Positions 58,020 through 64,000 of a DNA stretch of 64,000 bases are shown piece by piece. The notes under the pieces were generated by a model, which was not told where the DNA came from, made no database searches, and worked only from the letters and a program-made list of their open reading frames with translations. How positions within the stretch are numbered: position 1 is the stretch's first letter; each line of letters opens with the position of its first letter. Origin of the DNA: a virus; IMG/VR virus record IMGVR_UViG_3300006802_000094, positions 5,284 through 69,283 of that record, one strand, 5' to 3'. The position numbers and the translations under genes were made by a program.

Positions 58020-59297
58020 TTATGACTTAACATTTAATTTGTATCCATATTTATTACCAATCACACTAAATCTTTTAGTTTTTTTAAGTAATTTACTTTT
58101 ATATGTGTATACCATAGTTACACAGAATTCATGTTTGATAATTGGGTCTTCATTAGCATTATCTACACTCGTATAATCTTCTTTTTCAGCTTGATTCCAA
58201 TATCCTTTTAAATAAGCTATATTAATACCGGTTCTATTCATCTTATTAGAATTAATCGTAGACAACGAAGGACTAATACAAGCTTTTGTTTCTTTAGGGT
58301 TCAACCTTGATTTTTTATAACCAGAACTAATAAACCAATAGAACTTTGAACCATCCCCTTCTTGTATTAAATGGTCACCATAACGAGAAGTACTTTCAAA
58401 CTCAACATCCCAATTCAATATATCTTTTTCATAATATTGTTTTAAATTTATATTAAAATCTATACTATAATATGAACTATAATTGTATACTTTAGAACTA
58501 GTATTAAGTGGTGGTCTATTAATCCCTATTCCACTATCAACATCATTTAACCCACTTCTAAAATTAGTATAAGATTTAGGTTGATATAAGTCTGTAATTA
58601 TTGGTATGGTTGGTCCTATTGCTATACCAGACTGACCTATAACTTGTCTTCCACCACCGTCACCAGCACCACTAGATACTCTTGGTATTGGTCCACATAT
58701 TCCTGTGGTTATTGGATTTTGAGGGGTGCCACCACCACCAGAACCACCAGGACTTCCATCACCACCAGAACCTCCCTCACAACATTCTTCACTTATTGTA
58801 CCATTTGGACATGGACATCCACTATCTATAACTTCTACAGGTCCTCTTTTATTTATAAAAACAGCTGGTAAGCATTGACATTCAGTACATCCCGTGGTCG
58901 TACCTGTAGTTACACCTGTAATAACATAACAAGTTAATACTTTATTTCCCCTACTACCTCTAACATCTGGCATATCATACCAACAAGTACCAGAAAGTGG
59001 TGCACATTCTCCACTTTCACAAGAATTACATGGGTTATTTGGTGGTAATCCATCAATATTATTAGTTAACCCTTGTGTCGTTCCAAAAGGTAATAAGCTA
59101 CCGTCTGGGTTAGGTGATATTCCATTTACCCATGTATCACTAGTTCTCCTATAATCATAATCAGCATCATCCAAACTAAATCTACTAATTAAATCCTGTA
59201 ATCCTAGCCCATTTTCCTTTAACATTAATTCCTTACCTTTATCGGTAAGAAATAATTCAAGAGTATTTACTTTATATAGATTTCCTAAAAACCCCAT
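58020..59297 (-). CDS. baseplate/tail structural protein with Cys- and Gly-rich linker
   Basis: N-terminal LTDKGKELML...ISRFSLDDADYDY. Confidence 0.65.
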   Translation of the reverse strand: MGFLGNLYKVNTLELFLTDKGKELMLKENGLGLQDLISRFSLDDADYDYRRTSDTWVNGISPNPDGSLLPFGTTQGLTNNIDGLPPNNPCNSCESGECAPLSGTCWYDMPDVRGSRGNKVLTCYVITGVTTGTTTGCTECQCLPAVFINKRGPVEVIDSGCPCPNGTISEECCEGGSGGDGSPGGSGGGGTPQNPITTGICGPIPRVSSGAGDGGGRQVIGQSGIAIGPTIPIITDLYQPKSYTNFRSGLNDVDSGIGINRPPLNTSSKVYNYSSYYSIDFNINLKQYYEKDILNWDVEFESTSRYGDHLIQEGDGSKFYWFISSGYKKSRLNPKETKACISPSLSTINSNKMNRTGINIAYLKGYWNQAEKEDYTSVDNANEDPIIKHEFCVTMVYTYKSKLLKKTKRFSVIGNKYGYKLNVKS

Positions 59298-59309
59298 TAA
59301 TTATATGTT

Positions 59310-61775
59310 TTAAAAATCTATTTTTATCTGGAATGTCTGAGCACCAGTTCTTAAAACTGGACTTTTAAGTTTAGCTATTCCCATTAAATCATTTGTGTTA
59401 TCATATAAACCTATTTCTGTTAACCTAACTAACTTATTAACGTCCCAACTTGGGTTAAGTGACGTGGTAAATTGTGCTGGTGCTAGTGTGATTCCGTATC
59501 TCATTTCGTAAATGGTTGCCATAATATCACTTTCCAAATTACCATAAAAGAAATATTCATCACCAAATTGTAATGAGTTAGGTTCTTGACCATTATTTAG
59601 TGGTATATTAATATAATCATGTAAGTTATATGTAGATGCACTTAATAAAGTATCACAAGTCAAATAGAATATTGTTGAAGTTAGTCCAGTTGCTTTTATT
59701 GGTGTTCCAACTGTATGACCATTTATTTTATCTGTCATTTCTATTTTAGACCACAATGCTGGGTCTGGTGCAGCACCTAAAGCTGTTTTCTGATAAATAA
59801 TATGGAACTTATCCACTTGTATACCAGAACCAGAATAAGGTAAACATAATGTATTGTTGTATTCTCTTATATATGGGAATTCACCACCAAACTGTATAGA
59901 AACATCTTTAGCTCCACTAGTCGTATCACCAATAATATATGGATAATAATTACAATGCATTCCAGTTGTATAACCAGAAGTACTCTCTAATATATAACTT
60001 ACCCAAACTTGTTCACTATTAGGTATAGAAACACCACCACCACTACTAAAGAATCCACCAGTACACGTAGGTGGTGTAACACAAACTGAAGTATTTTCAG
60101 GTATCAACTCTAATTTAGGCATCGGTAGTGTCCAATTTCTATTAGATTTATAACTCATAGCTGCTACAAGTTCTTGGTCATCAATTGTTATCATATGTAA
60201 ATCTGGAAATACTTTACCTACCCTATTAGGTACTGAAGTTCTACCTGATGTTGATGCTAAATTATCATCCCATAAGTGATAATATCTAATACCTGGTTCA
60301 TTCATATCTGGATTAACAGTAGATGATATATATTGTACTTGAGCTACATTTTCATAACCTGGAGGTTTTACATAGAAAGTTTGTCCTATTGTACATTCAT
60401 CACCGAAACCAGTACCAGTTCCAGAACCACTATTACCACCTTTCTTTTTATGCCACATTAATGTAGGCATGTGAATTTTAAAATTTTGCATTTCACCAAC
60501 ACCATTCGCTCCACCTTCACCAGTTCTCATTAAAGCAAATTTTTCACCATAAAAATTAGATATGGTTTCATTAGTGTAATGAAGTATAGATATACATCTT
60601 TGGTCTTCTGGTACAATAGTTCTAATATTACCAAAAGAATCTCTAACATATGTTCCAGAAAATTGTGGTGAATAACCTAATAATGGTATAGAACCATAAT
60701 AATCTGACATATTTGTGCTATCAAACTGACCTTCATAGTTATTATAACCTAAATATTCTTTAGTTCCACAATAACCACTAGAACCATAACCATTAACATC
60801 TTCATAAATTGTATTATTTACACCAGCTACAGTACCCCAATTTAAATTATTGTTGTAATATTGTGTCCAGTTAATATTCATGTTCCAAACATTAACATCC
60901 TTAACTGAAATATCACAATTATTATCAAAGGATAGTGAACCTGGTGACCAATAAGGTACAGGTGTGTCTGCACCATAGAAATTCAACATATCACCTTTAG
61001 GATATACAATAACTTTAGCACACAAACCAGTATCTGAATACATAGAAAAATTACCGATATTTCTATCAAGATGTACTAAAATTTCAGTCTCTGTATTAGC
61101 TGATGTAACTACAGTACCACCAGTAGTATCTGTAGTTGCAGATATAACATTATAAAATAAATAAGGAACTGGATTACTTTGTGGTATATTTAAAAAGTTT
61201 TGATTACAATCAGCTACAGTATCTTGATATGGTCCAAAATATTGTACCATTATCAAATCTCCAATAGTTGGTGTGTAATTTATCGAATTACATCCACCGC
61301 TATATAATAATATAGTGCTGGTACCAGTTAAACCACTAAACGGTGCACACCAATTAGAACTATAAGTGTACTCTGAATTAGTTATAGCTGAATACGAGGT
61401 TGAAGTACTCCCCGAAAAGAATCCTCTAGGTCTTGCGGTATTGAAAACAGTGTTCTCTGTTGGTTGTGGTTGTAATATACCGTAAGTTTGTGCTGAACTA
61501 ACATCCGATAACGGAATCGGATATTTAACATTCATTTTATTTAATTCATAAGAAACATTGGAAATATTTTGAGCATTCCATTTTGGTTCTATAATAAAAA
61601 TACCATTAGATTGTGTTAGTACTTGTGTGTAACAATTATAACAAAATTCACTATCACCTAATTGAAATTTTGTTAGTGATAGTTGCCCTTGTGATAATTT
61701 TTTTCTTCCAGCATCTGTAAGTCTCACAGCTATTAGGCCGCTACTGCCTGTTCTTGAAATATATCCTGTTCCCAT
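59310..61775 (-). CDS. baseplate/tail structural protein
   Basis: LTDAGRKKLS...TKFQLGDSE and C-terminal LTEIGLYDNTNDLMGIAKLKSP; TATTTATA at 61789-61796. Confidence 0.7.
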   Translation of the reverse strand: MGTGYISRTGSSGLIAVRLTDAGRKKLSQGQLSLTKFQLGDSEFCYNCYTQVLTQSNGIFIIEPKWNAQNISNVSYELNKMNVKYPIPLSDVSSAQTYGILQPQPTENTVFNTARPRGFFSGSTSTSYSAITNSEYTYSSNWCAPFSGLTGTSTILLYSGGCNSINYTPTIGDLIMVQYFGPYQDTVADCNQNFLNIPQSNPVPYLFYNVISATTDTTGGTVVTSANTETEILVHLDRNIGNFSMYSDTGLCAKVIVYPKGDMLNFYGADTPVPYWSPGSLSFDNNCDISVKDVNVWNMNINWTQYYNNNLNWGTVAGVNNTIYEDVNGYGSSGYCGTKEYLGYNNYEGQFDSTNMSDYYGSIPLLGYSPQFSGTYVRDSFGNIRTIVPEDQRCISILHYTNETISNFYGEKFALMRTGEGGANGVGEMQNFKIHMPTLMWHKKKGGNSGSGTGTGFGDECTIGQTFYVKPPGYENVAQVQYISSTVNPDMNEPGIRYYHLWDDNLASTSGRTSVPNRVGKVFPDLHMITIDDQELVAAMSYKSNRNWTLPMPKLELIPENTSVCVTPPTCTGGFFSSGGGVSIPNSEQVWVSYILESTSGYTTGMHCNYYPYIIGDTTSGAKDVSIQFGGEFPYIREYNNTLCLPYSGSGIQVDKFHIIYQKTALGAAPDPALWSKIEMTDKINGHTVGTPIKATGLTSTIFYLTCDTLLSASTYNLHDYINIPLNNGQEPNSLQFGDEYFFYGNLESDIMATIYEMRYGITLAPAQFTTSLNPSWDVNKLVRLTEIGLYDNTNDLMGIAKLKSPVLRTGAQTFQIKIDF

Positions 61776-61820
61776 TGTTTTTTTTATTTATAAATATTAA
61801 TATTAGTAGTTTTAATGTTG

Positions 61821-64000
61821 TCACCCATCAATTGTTGGGGTGTTTATTGTGAAATCTCCACTCTCATCATAAAATACCGCAGCACTTATAGAAAAACTAT
61901 AACTTTCTGATGTTATGGTATCACTTATTTTATCACCGTTAATCAGTGTATATAAAGTTGTTGTTATTATATTATAAGAATATTTACCTGGTGATGGAAC
62001 ATCAATTGTGAATGTTTTTTGTATAACTTCGTAATTTTCACCATCCACAAATTCACTTGCGTTATATTCATCATATGGTTCACACAATTGTTTTTCTGTA
62101 TAAACTATAGTTCCATTTGTATCTCTAACAATTAATAGTAATTCATAAGTGTATAATGGTAATGTTCTTATATTTACATTAACTTTCGGATTTTTAATTC
62201 CAGCAGCACCTAACAAATTAAACTTAGTAAAATAGAATTGTCCTATAACATCATTTTCGGTTAACCCATCTGGATATTGTATTCCAGTAAATTGTATTGT
62301 ATTATTTTTTATTAATTTATAATCAGAATCTGGAAATAACACACTACCATTTAACGTTATTCCAATATCACCTATCGGTGTATATGTAGTTCTAAAATAG
62401 TAATAATATCCATTAGTATATAATGTATTACCAGTTACACTAGTACCACCACTAACATTAGGTATGGTTGCGGGAACCACATAATTATCATAATAATATG
62501 ACCTTTCAAATGTTCCAGGTACATAAATAAGATTAATCACATCATACCCTTCTACTGTATCAGCTCTAAATTTAACTTGACTGTTCCCATCAAAATAATA
62601 ATCACCATCATCAGATAAATCAGAAAACTGTGAAGGAAATAAAGTTAATCCATTCAATGTTACTTGTAATGGACCAGCAGCTGGAAAATCTAATGTAACC
62701 GTAAATGGTGTCCCAGAAGTAACAAGAGGAGTTGTTGTAGTACCAGTTGTATCTGTTACATTAGGATATACCGTTATTTGTTGTGTCGCTAGTTTACCAC
62801 AACTGTTATTTATTCCATATAATATATCATTAGTTTCTAAATTTAATTCAGGTATTTCTGGTTTTATCAAAAAATAAAAGTCTGTGGCACTATCGTAAAA
62901 ACCATACTCTCTAGTATTTATTTTACCATCACTTTCCCAACTAAATATGCCAGTACTATCTTCATTCCCAACTACTTTAAAATCTGGATTTGGGTCAAAA
63001 GTATCATACCATTTTTCAGTTTTAGTAATACCAGTTGTTACTCCAGTTAATGAATCAATAACCACATTACACGGTGTGTGTTCTAAATTTTTTAATTTAT
63101 CTTTAAATATATAATTTGGTTTTATTATAAATTCAGAACTTCCAGCCAGTTGACTTAATTTAATACAATCACTAGCTTCTAACCCTTCACCAATTACTTG
63201 ACGATTAGAGGTCTGTATTAATTTTTTTCCTTGTGGATTATCAAATATTCTAGTCAATAATGGTGCTTCACTAAAAGTTCTTTCTTCTGGTATATATGAA
63301 TGTATTGAATAATATGGTACCATATTACCATTCAAAAGGTCAGTAGTGTTTTTAGTCCAAGTAAAATTAAATTCAACACAAGGTTCTTCTTTACCTGTTT
63401 CTACAAGAGTTTCTTCATATATTATATATTCATTTGTAGGTTTGTTTATTTTTGTAGCACCCGTAGTCTCCATTATTGGAATCTGTGTGGTTTGCATAGT
63501 AACCGTTGGTGTAGGTCTAACTGTAGGAATAGTTGGGTTACCTACCTCACCGCCAGAACCTAATGAATTATAATAATTTATTTCCTTACCTGTAGAAGTT
63601 ATAACTCCTTGTAACTCAGGTGTACCTAATTGAAATTGTTGAGTATCACTACCACCAAATTCTAAAGACTCAAAAAGATAATTACTTTGTACTCCAGTAA
63701 AAGATATGTTATAAAAACGTGAATTTGGTTGTGAATTTTGAAAATAACCAAAACTTTGTGAACCTAAAAATTTATATAAATCTTGTTCAGTAGCATAGTA
63801 TTCTGCACTACCATTATTACCTACCCAAGTTTTTTTATCTAATAAATTAAAACTTATTTCATAATCTGGATTATAACTTACTGAAGTACCAACATCTGCT
63901 GAAGTTATTAAATCGGTCATTTTTATGTTAAACTTCTCACCCAACATACCTGACCTTTCAATTCTTAAATAAGTTGTTCCTTGTCCAGCATAATTACCAA
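61821..64000 (-). CDS. structural protein with repeated beta modules, 5' end beyond the window
   Basis: Frame stays open upstream of 63947 to the edge; repeated V/I.LNG..L.P...DY modules. Confidence 0.7.
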   Translation of the reverse strand, partial: GNYAGQGTTYLRIERSGMLGEKFNIKMTDLITSADVGTSVSYNPDYEISFNLLDKKTWVGNNGSAEYYATEQDLYKFLGSQSFGYFQNSQPNSRFYNISFTGVQSNYLFESLEFGGSDTQQFQLGTPELQGVITSTGKEINYYNSLGSGGEVGNPTIPTVRPTPTVTMQTTQIPIMETTGATKINKPTNEYIIYEETLVETGKEEPCVEFNFTWTKNTTDLLNGNMVPYYSIHSYIPEERTFSEAPLLTRIFDNPQGKKLIQTSNRQVIGEGLEASDCIKLSQLAGSSEFIIKPNYIFKDKLKNLEHTPCNVVIDSLTGVTTGITKTEKWYDTFDPNPDFKVVGNEDSTGIFSWESDGKINTREYGFYDSATDFYFLIKPEIPELNLETNDILYGINNSCGKLATQQITVYPNVTDTTGTTTTPLVTSGTPFTVTLDFPAAGPLQVTLNGLTLFPSQFSDLSDDGDYYFDGNSQVKFRADTVEGYDVINLIYVPGTFERSYYYDNYVVPATIPNVSGGTSVTGNTLYTNGYYYYFRTTYTPIGDIGITLNGSVLFPDSDYKLIKNNTIQFTGIQYPDGLTENDVIGQFYFTKFNLLGAAGIKNPKVNVNIRTLPLYTYELLLIVRDTNGTIVYTEKQLCEPYDEYNASEFVDGENYEVIQKTFTIDVPSPGKYSYNIITTTLYTLINGDKISDTITSESYSFSISAAVFYDESGDFTINTPTIDG

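Noticed and set aside
2600-63573. Short antisense or nested ORFs in the track (e.g. 2600..2827, 9009..9503, 15625..16056, 46159..46347, 49923..50471)
   Set aside because: Shadows of well-supported genes on the opposite strand or frame, with no motifs.
1-64000. Stop-codon reassignment as seen in some large phages
   Set aside because: Long ORFs tile the window under the standard code, and TAA, TAG and TGA all end genes at sensible positions.
1-64000. Bacterial chromosome or eukaryotic giant virus origin
   Set aside because: Housekeeping-like genes are isolated among phage replication, lysis and tail genes; bacterial sigma, bS21, intrinsic terminators and Bacteroidota promoters point to a bacteriophage.

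Overview
A very AT-rich, gene-dense 64-kb segment of a large (jumbo/huge) tailed dsDNA phage, standard genetic code, mostly on the minus strand. The host is most likely Bacteroidota: there are at least six TTTG-N19/20-TAnnTTTG promoters, no Shine-Dalgarno motifs, a phage bS21, a Bacteroidota-like sigma factor, an H1-like protein and glutamine synthetase II. The window carries host-takeover and auxiliary genes (PPK2, ClpP pair, cyclophilin, thioredoxin/glutaredoxins, DnaJ, UvsE, Mom-like enzyme) and a Ro60/TROVE-like (DUF2828) gene. It also has two tRNAs, lysis genes, an SbcCD/exonuclease/primase/RuvC block, and a baseplate/tail block at the right end. The best candidate novel systems are: (1) the Ro-like gene followed by repeated stem-loop RNAs sharing a UUUCAGCAA motif, with a third relative in a ~600-nt non-coding operon containing an aberrant tRNA-Gly; (2) genes behind a (A)TATTTAT(A) motif encoding multi-domain polyproteins punctuated by (L/I)-x-E sites, suggesting protease-processed capsid cargo including PPK2; (3) a start-less domain reachable only through an A10/A_AAA_AAG slippery site. 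All family calls come from motif recognition by eye, not database searches.
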